Shown: positions 42,516 to 53,354 of the stretch, in pieces | Numbering within the stretch: the first letter of the stretch is position 1 | Layout of the letters: every line of letters starts with the position of its first letter | Assembly: GCA_000004985.1 (NCBI GenBank) | Contig: GG738860.1 | Length of the DNA stretch: 64,000 nt | From: Naegleria gruberi | Taxonomy: Eukaryota | Reading direction: 5' to 3' (one strand) | Translations under genes and position numbers: made by a program | The notes under the pieces: model-generated | Seen by the model: only the letters and a program-made list of their open reading frames with translations | Database searches by the model: none | What the model was told of the DNA's origin: nothing

Positions 42516-44107
42516 ATGATTAAAAGTAAAAGTTTAATTTCTAGTGTTCGGAACTTTAACCATCAATTTAGAGTGAAGGGATTAATTAATTCATGTTTGA
42601 AAATTAATGCAAATTTTAATAGTCAACACGAATCAACCTTCCGATTTTTTTCTTCATCATCAATGAATAGAAATCGAAATGATGATTTTCTTTACATATT
42701 GAAAATTAGAGGACAAGAACAACCAAATAATTGTGATTCTTTGAGAAAGTTTCCAACTCTTTATTTGGTGGTTGCCCTTTTGGTAGCTGGCTATTCCTAT
42801 TCAATTATTTCATCCCTTCTTTCGTGTAAGTAAATCACCCATATTCTCTGAAAATTCACACAACAAATAAGCTGATATGGTTTTGGATAAGATGATTCAG
42901 GAAGAGAATGGAGAAATTAATTTACAAAAGGCCTCTATCATGCCACTCAGTTGTAAGTTATTACTTGTAATATTTTGTAATCATTTAATGGAATTTTATA
43001 GTATTTGCCCTGTTGAAAATTAAAGAAAAGTATATGGGCAATATTGAGAAAGATCTCGAGTCAAACGATGCAATTAAGAGAAGGAATGCCATTCAAATGA
43101 TTTATCAAATGTGTTTGGATAGATCATTGGCTAAATCAATAATTTTGGAAACTAATTGTCTTGAACGTTTGGTAAATCTGGTACCATACGATAAACAATC
43201 AAACGTATCAAGAGATGAGAGTGACCTAATTATTGGAGTTTTGAAAATGATGAGCTCTATTGAAAATACTCACGAATTCTTATTGGATAATCTTAGTAAA
43301 TGGGTTAAACCATATAGAATACGAAAGGAGTTGCACTCTATAGAGGCATTGGATAATAATTATATTACAATTATATACAATATTCTATCTACACAAAAAT
43401 CCAGACAATTATTAACTGACGAAAGGATTGAGAAACTAATTCAATTGACATTTGAAATATCCAAGGCAAGCACAGATAAGAGAGTGATAAACTTGGCAAA
43501 TTATTCCACTGAAATGCTTGTTAGACAATCTAAGGGAGAACCAGATGATGGTCAAGCAGATTCACTCATGAAAGATTATACTGAAAAGTATGAAATTTTC
43601 AAATTCCTTTCAAACAACATCTCACTTCCATTGCTAGCCTTTGGTTATGCCTTTTTGAGATATAAATGGAGAATTAATAGACAAGGATACAATCATTTTG
43701 GATTCAAGGCTCAAAATCTCAATACACTGTCAATTTACAACTCGTTGAAGAGTGCAGTGGTTGTAAGTGCAATGGCATGGTCTGTAACTTCTTTGGATTT
43801 TTTCGAGTATAGACAGGGGTTGAAAGATCACTCTAATTGCTCAACCAATGAGGAGCTATTTAACAGACTCAAGACTAGGGCATATAGACAGGAAGTTGAA
43901 AAGGTAGCTCAAAACTTCTTGTTCCCATTATTCTTGGCATGGGTTTTGGGTAGAGTGGAATTTATCATACTACCATACATTTTACTTCAGGCAAGCAGTT
44001 CATCTAAACCAAGTAGTTTATTAGAAAATTTAATAGATCTTCCCCCTCAGTATGTAGAATCTCAATTGAATTATATTCAAACAAGCATTGAGACTGAAAA
44101 GAAATAA
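42516..44107 (+). CDS. Multi-pass membrane protein of unknown function; 3 exons
   Basis: Exons about 42516..42825, 42872..42952 and 43002..44107, with GTAAGT donors and introns of 46 and 49 nt. All exons are phase 1 and consistent with ORF 43013... The true start may be a downstream Met (MNRNRNDD... at about 42663), because the first ATG lies only 30 nt from the divergent gene's start. Hydrophobic helices include TLYLVVALLVAGYSYSIISSLL, LPLLAFGYAFLRYKW, AVVVSAMAWSVTSL and FLFPLFLAWVLGRVEFIILPYILL. Confidence 0.5.
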
Positions 44108-44112
44108 ACCCT

Positions 44113-45696
44113 TTACCATTCATCATCTGAATCAGTATCAGAATCCTCTTCGTCATGGATACCAGTGTTAGAGAACTTTTTCATGAGATATGACTTGAAA
44201 CCTTCCTTTTCATTTTCTGTAAAATCAGTTACAGGTGGAGGTGTTGGATTCTTCAAATTGTCCTTAGAGAAAGTCTTGATTTCAGAAAGGAAGTCAGCAG
44301 GCTTTGATGGAAGAGGTGGCTTTGAGACTGGAGGGGAGGTTGGAGTGGCCTTTGGTTTGACCTCAACCTTAATTGGACCTCCTCCCATTGGTGGTGGTGG
44401 TGGAATAGCTCCAACAGGAGGTGGTGGTGGAATAGATCCTCCCATTGGGGGTGGTGGTGGTACAGCAAAACTTCCTCCTCCCATAGGTGGTGGTGGTGGT
44501 GGAATAGATCCCATTGAAACTGGTGGTGGAGGTGGAATACTACCTGCTCCTCCATCATAGTCATCTGAAACATATGAAGTCATTGGTGGAGGTGGTGGAA
44601 CTGATCCTCCCATTGGTGGAGGTGGAGGAACAGATCCCATAGATACAGGCATAGGTGGAGGTGGAGGAACACCACTGGATGGTGAAGAAACTCCAAAAGG
44701 TGGTGGAGGAGGTGGAACTCTTCCTGAAGATGCATCACTAGAGACTGTTCTAATCTCATCAACAATTTGATTGTCATCTTCATGTGCCTTTTGTCTTTGT
44801 TTGGCAACTTTCTTTTCATACTTGTGCATGAGTTTTTGGAGACGTTCTTGAGTCTTTGGATCATTAGCTTCAACACCCATACCTCCCAAAACGTCCAAGT
44901 ATTCAGTTGGAAGACCGCTAGCTTCAAATTGGCCAGTTTCATGATTGATACCAACGTGAGCAGTGTTTTGGAAATTCTTTACAGAGCCCATTCTAAAGTT
45001 TGATCTTGAAGGTCTATTGTCAACTGGTTCTTCGACTGGTTTGACTTCTTCCTTCTTCAAGAACTTATCCTTGACACCTCTAAAGAAACCAAAGACACCA
45101 CCTGCTGCCTTTTCTTCCTTCTTTGGTACAGGACTACTTGGAGAAGATGTTTGAGGGAGTGGATTCTTTGGCTTGTCATTGGATGGCTTACTGATTGATT
45201 CAGGAAGTGGTGGTGGATTACTTGTTGCATTTGATGATACACTAGTTGGTGGAGAAGCAGAGACAACATTAGAGAGACGGTTGTTAACAAAGCTGCTAAA
45301 CTTTGAAGCAGCAGTCTTACTATTCAAGGCAACATTGATACCAACAATTCTATCATCGCTTTCAAAGGAAATAAAATTGTCATTCAATTGTTCAAATTGG
45401 AATTGTTCATAACATTCATGAGACCAAGTAACTTGATTGGTTTCAACATTGATTAGTTTCAAACAAAAGACATTGTTCATCAAATCCTTTCCGAAATAAA
45501 GGGCTCCCCAAATACCAGTATAAGACCATTCTTCTTCACCTTGCATACTTTCATAGATTGAAACAACAGCGCTTTGTTCAACACTCTTTTAAAAATATTA
45601 AGCGAATGATAATTTTATAAATCAACCTACCAAACCCTTAGTGGCAGTGAGAACAACACTAACGTCCAAAGGATCATATAATTCCTTATTGCTCAT
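44113..45696 (-). CDS. WASP-family actin nucleation-promoting factor (WH1/EVH1 - basic - CRIB/GBD - polyproline - WH2 - acidic); 2 exons
   Basis: Exon 1 45696..45631 ([22 protein letters not shown] | GTAGGT), 45-nt intron, exon 2 45585..44113. WH1: ...[61 protein letters not shown]...[60 protein letters not shown]. Nine PPPPP(P)M/V runs. WH2-like [19 protein letters not shown]-terminal acidic tail [13 protein letters not shown]. Confidence 0.85.
44320..44700 (-). repeat. Coding polyproline repeat array (PPPPP(P)-M/V-GGS/SMGS units) inside the WASP gene
   Basis: At least 9 iterations of (cca cct cc)n on the coding strand. Seen on the + strand as ggtgg(t/a)gg(t/a)gg(a/t)... repeats. Confidence 0.8.
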
Positions 45697-45963
45697 TTTT
45701 CTATTTTTTTTAAAATTTGATATTTTTAATAACCTTGATCATCTTGGAACATGCTGATGATGACTATTAAGATATTAAACTTCGTAAGGGCATGGAACCT
45801 TGTTCACTTTTCAATCACGTCTCTTTCAATGCCAGGCAAAACTATTGTTGCACAAATAAATCTTAATATCTTTCACAACTTCCACTAGCATTTATTTTGC
45901 TGCCTGACAGACAACCTATCAACACTTTAATGATTGCCCTGACATTCATATAGCCTTAAAAAA

Positions 45964-47549
45964 ATGAGCAACAGCCAACGAAAAAGTAAGCAATCAACAG
46001 CAGCAGCAGCTCCTCATCAGAAGCTTCTTCATCACAACAGCAACGGGATGAAAGTCTACTATTGTTAGCCTACGAGGGTGAGAATATGAAACGATATCCA
46101 ACAAGAAGAGCATCACAATTAGCAAATGAAGCCTTGGAAATTGATAAGACAGATGATGAAGGTTTGTTTTTTCATCAATTAGGAAATTAAATTGAAACTC
46201 TAATAGATTATATTGACGAGGAAGCAGCTTCATCTAGTGATTCCTTTGATGATGAGGAAACTCTTGAAGCTGACTATGAAAGTGATTCAGATTCACAGAA
46301 AGAAAAACCATCATCTAAACGTAAGTCACTCTGTCAAAATATCAATCAATATTAATTTCATTCGTTTACCTTATTAACAACAGGTTCTCAAATATCAAAA
46401 CCTGCTAGACATGTATTAATGTCATGGTTGGAGGAACACTTTGAGCATCCCTATCCTGATGATAACCAAAAAGAAGAATTGATGAAAAAGACCGGTCTCA
46501 CCATTAATCAAATTAATATTTGGTTTGTAAATTCAAGAATGAGAGTGTGGAAGCCTAGGCATCACGATTCACAAATTACCAAGACTGAACCAAATTCACC
46601 AAATGGAAATTCTGATGGTTCAGGAAGTAAGCCAAGACAAGAGAAGAAAATAGACATGTTGAATGATGAATTGAAATCATCACTTGCAGCTCGAATTAAT
46701 CCAAACAATGCCAATGTTACCAGGACAAATATTGTGGGAAGTTTGCCTAATGGTCTACCAACTCCATCCACAGTCATCTGTAGAGGAAACTTACCTAAAG
46801 AAGCTGTTGATTCATTGCTCAAGTGGTTATTCGATAACTTTAGTCATCCATATCCTTCAGATGCAGAGAAAGATGTATTGGCTGAAGAAACAAATCTTAC
46901 CTTAACACAAGTCAACAATTGGTTCATCAATGCAAGAAGGAGAATATGGAAACCAATTCTCCAAAAAATCAAATCAAAGGGAATGGATAAAGATGAACTC
47001 CTTTCTCAAGGAAAACTATCAGAAGTTGCCAAATCATTCTATAAGGACCAGAAAATTGGGGAAGAGGAACCAACAAAGAGGAAATCTAAAAGCTCCAAAG
47101 GAGGTTACAGCTCAGATCATGAAGAATCCACACCTAAAAAGCAAAAGAGGGACAACTCTCTCCTCATACCTCAAGACCTGATGACCCATACAGAGCCAAC
47201 CATTACAAGAGAATCAACGATCAAAACTAGACCAAAAATTGAAAATAACAAATTAACTCATAGAGAGCTATTCATTGATCAATACAGACTCTCAATGGAG
47301 AATCAAAAGCTTGAGGAAGATATTCATCAAGTCTATGACAGGTATGCCTCAGTTTTGGAAAATATCAGTGAAAAGAATGTGAAACTTCTCTCCCACATTA
47401 CCCTCCTCGAACAAAAGCAACAACAAATAAGATTGAATAATGAACTCTTGAAGAAAGAGGTTGATTTATTGAGAAGTAGTAAGGTGGTGAATTCTAATCC
47501 TTTCAACGTGGGTTCATTCCTCGTGGAAGAATTAGGATCTTCAATGTAA
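45964..47549 (+). CDS. Protein with two tandem TALE-class homeodomains plus a C-terminal coiled coil; 3-4 exons
   Basis: Exons: (optional 45964..45985), 46086..46161, 46207..46320, 46384..47549, all phase 1 with GT..AG introns of 45-63 nt. HD1 is ARHVLMSWLEEHFEHPYPDDNQKEELMKKTGLTINQINIWFVNSRMRVWKP. HD2 is KEAVDSLLKWLFDNFSHPYPSDAEKDVLAEETNLTLTQVNNWFINARRRIWKP. Both have the three-residue TALE insertion (H-P-Y-P) and the WF-x-N-x-R helix 3. Confidence 0.75.
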
Positions 47550-47554
47550 ATTAT

Positions 47555-48268
47555 TTACAAATTTCTGCATGCAGTGACAACATCAGGATGATGCTCAAGG
47601 TAGTACTTTGAAGCAAAATCAATAAACTCACTTGTTGAACCAATTTCTTGATAGTTGTCACCATTTTCTAGAATGATATATGGTGACAAGAATTGTTGTG
47701 ACCATTTACTCCACACAGATTTAAATGGTTTGACAATCCACGAGCTATCAGTATCAATTTTACTCTTCAAATCTAAGACAGCATTGTAGAATTGTTCATG
47801 GTTTGGGTGTGATTGATAATTATTGGTTACTTTTGGTGAATAGTTTGGTAACTTTTCAGCAATACACTTGGCAATATTAAAGCTCTTGAAGCTATCTTGG
47901 TTTTCTGTATTTACATCTGCAATAATGTGAAAGATAGATTTACTGTTTGCCAATCTATCAGTCAGATATTTATCTTTTCCGAGATGACTATAAAATTCCT
48001 TTCTCTTGTAGAGGATAGATGGATTACTAAGTGATCGTTTGATGATGAGTTGATAAAAGATTATTTGAATAACAACGATCGCCAGAATAATCGATAGTTT
48101 AAATGTTCTGGATGAATTCCACAAATTATCCAATAAGCGGCTGAGAGGAGGAAGTGGTTTTTCCTTGTTGCTATTTGATAATGTTGCTGATTTTGAATAT
48201 GACGATTCCGAGAGGGGAATATCAGCAGAGTGAAGATGTGATCGTGAGTGTGTTTGTGGCAGAGTCAT
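47555..48268 (-). CDS. Hypothetical single-TM protein (237 aa)
   Basis: ORF with a hydrophobic segment FKLSIILAIVVIQIIFYQLII near residues 55-77 and no recognisable catalytic motif. Its stop codon is 5 nt from the stop of the convergent homeobox gene. Confidence 0.45.
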   Translation of the reverse strand: MTLPQTHSRSHLHSADIPLSESSYSKSATLSNSNKEKPLPPLSRLLDNLWNSSRTFKLSIILAIVVIQIIFYQLIIKRSLSNPSILYKRKEFYSHLGKDKYLTDRLANSKSIFHIIADVNTENQDSFKSFNIAKCIAEKLPNYSPKVTNNYQSHPNHEQFYNAVLDLKSKIDTDSSWIVKPFKSVWSKWSQQFLSPYIILENGDNYQEIGSTSEFIDFASKYYLEHHPDVVTACRNL

Positions 48269-48428
48269 TTTATTTATTTGTTTTATTTGTCTTTCTTATT
48301 AGGAGGTCACAACTTCAGTTTACAACATCTTTTTGGAAGCCAACTTGGAGTGATGCTGCAGTTTTTCAATCAACGTTTTCAATCCAGTTCCCATTTGCTG
48401 TTCGTATTGTTGCAAAATTAAGTTGTTG

Positions 48429-50015
48429 TTAACAAATATTTAATATAAATATGTGGTTAATATAAAAGAGGTAAAAGTTATTGAAAGTATGCTTAAAAAA
48501 ACTTACAACTTGATTTTGCAAACTGGAGAGGGCTGCAGGATCACAGTAAATAGCATCATGCTTAATGAGAGAATCTATTGAGACTATGGTTGGTTCATCT
48601 ATCTTTCCAGTTGTTGAAATATTTTCGATATTTCCTACACTGGTTGGGAAAATATCCTTAATGATCTTTTTGAATGAAGGATAAATGATTGTTTCAATGT
48701 AAATTTCTGTTGGTTGCCTAACACAAACACCGGTACACATTTCAAAAAGCAAATATCCAAAAGATTCCAAAATAGTTCTTGCATTATTGTTAAATGAATT
48801 TCTAGCAAAGAGTAAAAATTGATCTTCCAATGAAGTTAGTTTGCAGTGGTAGTGAACTCCATTTTCATTGTTTGATTTTTCAATTAGAATATTCTTGGAT
48901 GAGATGTGAGTGTATTCAAATCCAATTTGTGAAAGAGACTTTAAAGCACAAAGTATTTGTCCACTAAATTGACTAATAATGTCAGGATCCATAGTATTTT
49001 CTCTCCTTAATGTTTCAATAAGTTGAGATAGGGTTCCAACTGTATTATGCGAAAGATTGAAAAGAGAGTAGCACCTTCCTTGTCCCAATGAAAAATCGAT
49101 ATGAGAAACTGGCATAATGTATGGAGATAAATTTCCAATATTTGACATCAATTGAATAAAAGACCTTCTCATTGTGGCGTCATTAATCATTACTACTGAT
49201 TGACTGGAACAATTTGTATAAACCATCAGTCCAAAGTTGACTCCCACTGCTGTATTTGATTGTGATGAATTTGATTGTGGTAATGTCACAAAATTAGTAG
49301 AACTGTTAGCACTGTTTGAGCTTGAATTATCATCAAAATGTATATTCTTTGATCCTCTATTCTTAATAGTTTGACAATAAGCTAAGGTTTTGTAAGATGA
49401 AGCATTTAAGGTAAGCAATAATTGAAAGTAACTTGTAACAAAATCTTTCAGAGATTCCTTCTTCTCAATGAGTTCATAATCTGTTGGACGTAAGACGGTT
49501 CTAACTTGATACATTAAATCAATATGACCCAGCACTTTCTTTTGATATAAGCTCACATAATCGGTAATTTGTCTATTCAAATTATTATTCTTATACTTTT
49601 GAATGAGATTTGAAAAACCTTCCTTCAAAATATTTCCACTCGAATCATCTGTTGAAGATTTGTGATGATAATAAGAATTGGACAAGGGAATTGTCTCCTC
49701 ATCATCTGCTTCATTATTAATATTTGATGATTTCACTTTTCTAGTTGAAGAAATTCCAAAAACTTGTAAAACCGATTCCGAATTAATACCCGATTCATAA
49801 TATGAAGCCTCTCTTCTTCTCCTAGTTATTATTCTATAAAGAACCAATCCAACACAGGCAAAAAACACCAACACGACCACAATCATCGAGATGATAAATT
49901 CGGGCTTTAAAATAAATAAAACTTCATCTGTTTCCGCATTAGAAGTTGCCATCGTTGAAGTGGAGTCCACCATTAAGTTATTACTGTTCATTACTTTTAG
50001 AATTTGATCTAACAT
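48429..50015 (-). CDS. Type-I transmembrane protein with a cytoplasmic degenerate protein-kinase-like (pseudokinase) domain (528 aa)
   Basis: TM helix IISMIVVVLVFFACVGLVLY followed by the stop-transfer RRRREA. The C-terminal region has kinase-like subdomains (...HISSKNILIEKSNNENGVHYHCKLTSLEDQ...ESFGYLLFEMCTGVCV...) but no HRD catalytic Asp and no glycine-loop/VAIK motifs. Confidence 0.5.
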   Translation of the reverse strand: MLDQILKVMNSNNLMVDSTSTMATSNAETDEVLFILKPEFIISMIVVVLVFFACVGLVLYRIITRRRREASYYESGINSESVLQVFGISSTRKVKSSNINNEADDEETIPLSNSYYHHKSSTDDSSGNILKEGFSNLIQKYKNNNLNRQITDYVSLYQKKVLGHIDLMYQVRTVLRPTDYELIEKKESLKDFVTSYFQLLLTLNASSYKTLAYCQTIKNRGSKNIHFDDNSSSNSANSSTNFVTLPQSNSSQSNTAVGVNFGLMVYTNCSSQSVVMINDATMRRSFIQLMSNIGNLSPYIMPVSHIDFSLGQGRCYSLFNLSHNTVGTLSQLIETLRRENTMDPDIISQFSGQILCALKSLSQIGFEYTHISSKNILIEKSNNENGVHYHCKLTSLEDQFLLFARNSFNNNARTILESFGYLLFEMCTGVCVRQPTEIYIETIIYPSFKKIIKDIFPTSVGNIENISTTGKIDEPTIVSIDSLIKHDAIYCDPAALSSLQNQVVSFFKHTFNNFYLFYINHIFILNIC

Positions 50016-50324
50016 GATGATGAATTAAATGTGTAGATTTTTTTGTTGAGTTTTTTCGTAAGGTTTGATGGGGAATGTGGCTGAAAGAACCTTGGGAGTG
50101 AATTTTGGAAAGTACTCTTGGAATGGAAAGAATAATTTTCCAATAAAATTTAATATCTCGGAGTGTATTGTAATATGCAATAATCAGATGAAAAGAAGTG
50201 GCGGAAGCAGGTTGGATCTCTCTTTCAAATAATAGTAAGTGGTAGTAGAATAATTAAATTTGTTTTCATTTTGGCGGTAAAAGAAGATTGGCGCCAATAT
50301 TACGTACAAATAATATTCAAAAAA

Positions 50325-51794
50325 ATGTCTCAAATAGAATTGAACATGTCTGCAACACCTTCATTCTCGGGCAACTCTCAGGTGCCACAATCCGAGTTTG
50401 ATCTGGTCAACATGACGGATGAACAACAGAGAGAGTTGGCTGTAGAATTGATTAGAAACACGCCAGAATATAAGGCAGCTTGGGAGCTGGAATTATGGAA
50501 AAAACGAGAAAAAACTGTCTACAAAAAACAACTTGAAGAGAAGGAAAAACAACACTTGAAGAATGTGGAAGCAAAATTAAGAGAGGAATTTAGTAAATAT
50601 GAAAAACAAATCTTGGAACAAAAAGAAATTCTTAAAAGTAAGGAACAACAATACAATCAAGTGTTGGAAGAGATGAATGCAAGAGAGAAACAATTGGTAG
50701 GAGTTGAACTAGAGCTGAGGAGAAGAAAAACAGAGCTAGAAACTGATTATCAAAGAAAAATCGAGCATATGGAACATGTGATTAAAATGGAGAAGGAATC
50801 TTTTCAACAGCGACTGCAATTGGAAACCATTAAAAATCAAGAGCTTCAGAAGAGAATAGACCAACAATTATCTCACGATGTGATGGAACTCAATGAGAGA
50901 ATAACAAAGCTTCAAGTAGAAAATGAATCCCTTGAATCAAAACTTCATCAAGCCACTAATTCCAAACAAAATTACAAAATCCAATGGAAAAAAGTATCTG
51001 AAGAACTGATTAGAACAAAGAAGAAACAAGAATCAGAATTGAGAAAATTACAGCAAAAGATAATTGCTCTCCAAACTTTACAGACCTCTCCATTGACTCC
51101 TTCACAACCACCTCCAATGAATCCATTCTATCCTCACCCAAATATGCCTCAAAATTACCAGTATCCAAATCAAATGAATCCTCACTCTCCATTCTATCCA
51201 TATCCTCCAATGCAATCCCCATTCGATCCGAATAATATGCAACAAAATCCTCAGAATTTCATTCCTCCAAATCAGCAGCAACAAAAGCAAGATGCCGATG
51301 AAATTGGTTCTCTCAAAAAGATGCTTGCCGATCTGATTAAGAAAGAAACAGAAGACAAGAAGGAAGATAGCAAACTCAATACTTCGACATCGAGTTCAGG
51401 ATCTACCTCTTCAACATCCTCAGGAGAGAGCAATCGTAAGGGTAGTAAGAGAACTTCTCCATCGTCTTCCCCTCCCACTGTAAAAACAGCAAACTCCACC
51501 ACAAAGAAAACCTCACCTCCTCGTCAACAACAAACTAAACAGGAAGTTTTTGCCTATCCATCGCCTCATCTCGATAACAGTAGATACGAAGAAGAACCAT
51601 CCTTAAACGAAACCCAAAACGATATTTCTGTTGAGGCTCACAATTTTGCAAATCATGACCAGAACGAGAATGATGAAAGAAGCAGAGAGTTTAAACGATT
51701 ACTCCGAGAGAAATCCAGACTTTTGAAATCTGGAATTTACGATTCAAAGAGTGATATTATTCTAGAAATTGAAAAGAAACTTCAATCTTTGTAA
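50325..51794 (+). CDS. Coiled-coil protein with a Pro/Gln/Tyr-rich segment and a Ser-rich tail (about 489 aa)
   Basis: Long heptad-like region (KQLEEKEKQHLKNVEAKLREEFSKYEKQILEQKEILKSKEQQYNQVLEEMNAREKQLVGVELELRRRKTELE...). Then PPMNPFYPHPNMPQNYQYPNQMNPHSPFYPYPPMQSPFDPNNMQQNPQNF. First ATG in frame at 50325; the ORF track starts at an upstream TTG. Confidence 0.55.
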   Translation: MSQIELNMSATPSFSGNSQVPQSEFDLVNMTDEQQRELAVELIRNTPEYKAAWELELWKKREKTVYKKQLEEKEKQHLKNVEAKLREEFSKYEKQILEQKEILKSKEQQYNQVLEEMNAREKQLVGVELELRRRKTELETDYQRKIEHMEHVIKMEKESFQQRLQLETIKNQELQKRIDQQLSHDVMELNERITKLQVENESLESKLHQATNSKQNYKIQWKKVSEELIRTKKKQESELRKLQQKIIALQTLQTSPLTPSQPPPMNPFYPHPNMPQNYQYPNQMNPHSPFYPYPPMQSPFDPNNMQQNPQNFIPPNQQQQKQDADEIGSLKKMLADLIKKETEDKKEDSKLNTSTSSSGSTSSTSSGESNRKGSKRTSPSSSPPTVKTANSTTKKTSPPRQQQTKQEVFAYPSPHLDNSRYEEEPSLNETQNDISVEAHNFANHDQNENDERSREFKRLLREKSRLLKSGIYDSKSDIILEIEKKLQSL

Positions 51795-51983
51795 ATACTT
51801 ACGAATAATATTCTATCTATTAAGCGAAATAAACTCCAGGAAGTACTTGAAGAGATCATCTGCTTTACACTGTAAAGAAACTATTCATTTCTATTGGATG
51901 CGTGTTTCTCTTAATTCCATCGCTCATTGGAATAACAAGCTTCTTTAAATAAAAAGAAACCGCCAAAATTCACAAGTAAAAAA

Positions 51984-53318
51984 ATGACCCAAAACTCATC
52001 AACACCAACATCACCAATTCTCGGTTCGTCATCGTTTGATGACAACAAATCGGAGGCAAGTTCCACACCTTATGAACCATCCCCAGAGTTATTTAAAAAG
52101 CCAACAAAAACAATCATACAAACATCTGATGATGATTATGACTTTGAAGAAGAGAACGATAATAATAAGAAAGAAGAATCTTCTGATGACGATTCAGCTA
52201 ACAAATACGAAGAAGAAAGAAAAAAGAAAATAGAAAGAAACAAAATGTTACTTGCTAATTTAGGCCTTGGTAATGGTTTATTACCAAAGAATAATAACTC
52301 TACCACAACAAAGAAATCAAGAAGGTCAACCGGAAGTGAAAGTGGTGAACCAACAGAAGTCAGAAGATCTTCCAGACTTTCGTCTAAACCAAAACCAGTC
52401 TACAACTATAGAGAACTTGAAAAGGTAGAAAAAGAATCTAGAAGAGTCATTGCACAAGAGAAAAAGCTAAAGAAGGAAGAACAAAGATTAAAATACTTTT
52501 CAAAGAGAACACTGAGGAAACATCGTGGTGAAGAGGAAGAAAGTGCTGAAGAAACTGATGAAGACACTTACGTTTCCGAATATAATGAAAATAATAAGAG
52601 AAGAAGCTCAAGAAATAAGAAGAAGATTGATTATGCAGGTTTGGAACATGGAGACTCAGAAAGTGAAGGTGAATTTGAAGAATTTGACCAGGTGACAGTA
52701 GTAGTGGAAGAATCTCCAAAAAAGAAAAAGAAAGTCACCAAAAAGAGTACGATTGCTTCTCCAGTATGCTCTTTTTCAAATTTTACAATATCAGATGAAC
52801 ATGCTGTTAGCTACACTGAAATTGGTGGAACAGTTGCTGAGACACCAAGCGATGAGAATATCACTCATGTCGTTACAAAGGTCTACAAGAGAACTCTCAA
52901 ACTCATGTGTGGAATAATTAGAGGAGCTTACATAGTGTCGGAAGATTGGCTCCTGGATTCTTTAGAAAATGGATATTTTGTTGATGAGAAACCATATCTC
53001 ATTAAGGCTGATGGTGTGAGTCTATTACAAGCAAGAAAACGTGCCTTAGCCCAACCAATATTTGCAGATCTCAAATTCTTTATTTGTGATGATGTACAAG
53101 CTCGTGATATTGTAACACAAATCATTGAAACAGGTTCAGGGTCGATTATCACTGCCATTGATGAAATGTTGGAAGAGGACTATGATTTTGAGAATTGCTA
53201 TATTATATACGAAGAGGAAGAGACAAAAGACAAGTATCCAACACTACCAAACGAAGTTTTCAGGACAAAGGAATTTATCTTCACAGCTGCTGTGTCCCAA
53301 AAAATAGAAGATGTGTAG
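51984..53318 (+). CDS. BRCT-domain protein with an acidic/Ser-rich N-terminal region (444 aa)
   Basis: C-terminal ...ITHVVTKVYKRTLKLMCGIIRGAYIVSEDWLLDSLENGYFVDEKPYLIKADGVSLLQARKRALAQPIFADLKFFICDDV... fits a BRCT fold (conserved W and a hydrophobic core). The N-terminal half is charged low-complexity (SDDDSANKYEEERKKKIERNK...). Confidence 0.55.
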   Translation: MTQNSSTPTSPILGSSSFDDNKSEASSTPYEPSPELFKKPTKTIIQTSDDDYDFEEENDNNKKEESSDDDSANKYEEERKKKIERNKMLLANLGLGNGLLPKNNNSTTTKKSRRSTGSESGEPTEVRRSSRLSSKPKPVYNYRELEKVEKESRRVIAQEKKLKKEEQRLKYFSKRTLRKHRGEEEESAEETDEDTYVSEYNENNKRRSSRNKKKIDYAGLEHGDSESEGEFEEFDQVTVVVEESPKKKKKVTKKSTIASPVCSFSNFTISDEHAVSYTEIGGTVAETPSDENITHVVTKVYKRTLKLMCGIIRGAYIVSEDWLLDSLENGYFVDEKPYLIKADGVSLLQARKRALAQPIFADLKFFICDDVQARDIVTQIIETGSGSIITAIDEMLEEDYDFENCYIIYEEEETKDKYPTLPNEVFRTKEFIFTAAVSQKIEDV

Positions 53319-53354
53319 ACAAGAGATGACATTTGACGACATCAAAATTAAAAA

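Noticed and set aside
42486-42662. Possibility that the membrane-protein gene starts at ATG 42516, only 30 nt from the divergent gene's ATG at 42485
   Set aside because: I did not reject this outright but consider it less likely than the downstream Met at about 42663. A 30-bp bidirectional promoter is implausible. The ORF is kept from 42516 in the feature table for completeness.
44165-44560. + strand Gly-rich ORF ([17 protein letters not shown]...)
   Set aside because: It is the reverse-complement shadow of the polyproline repeats (CCACCTCC)n of the WASP gene, not an independent glycine-rich protein.
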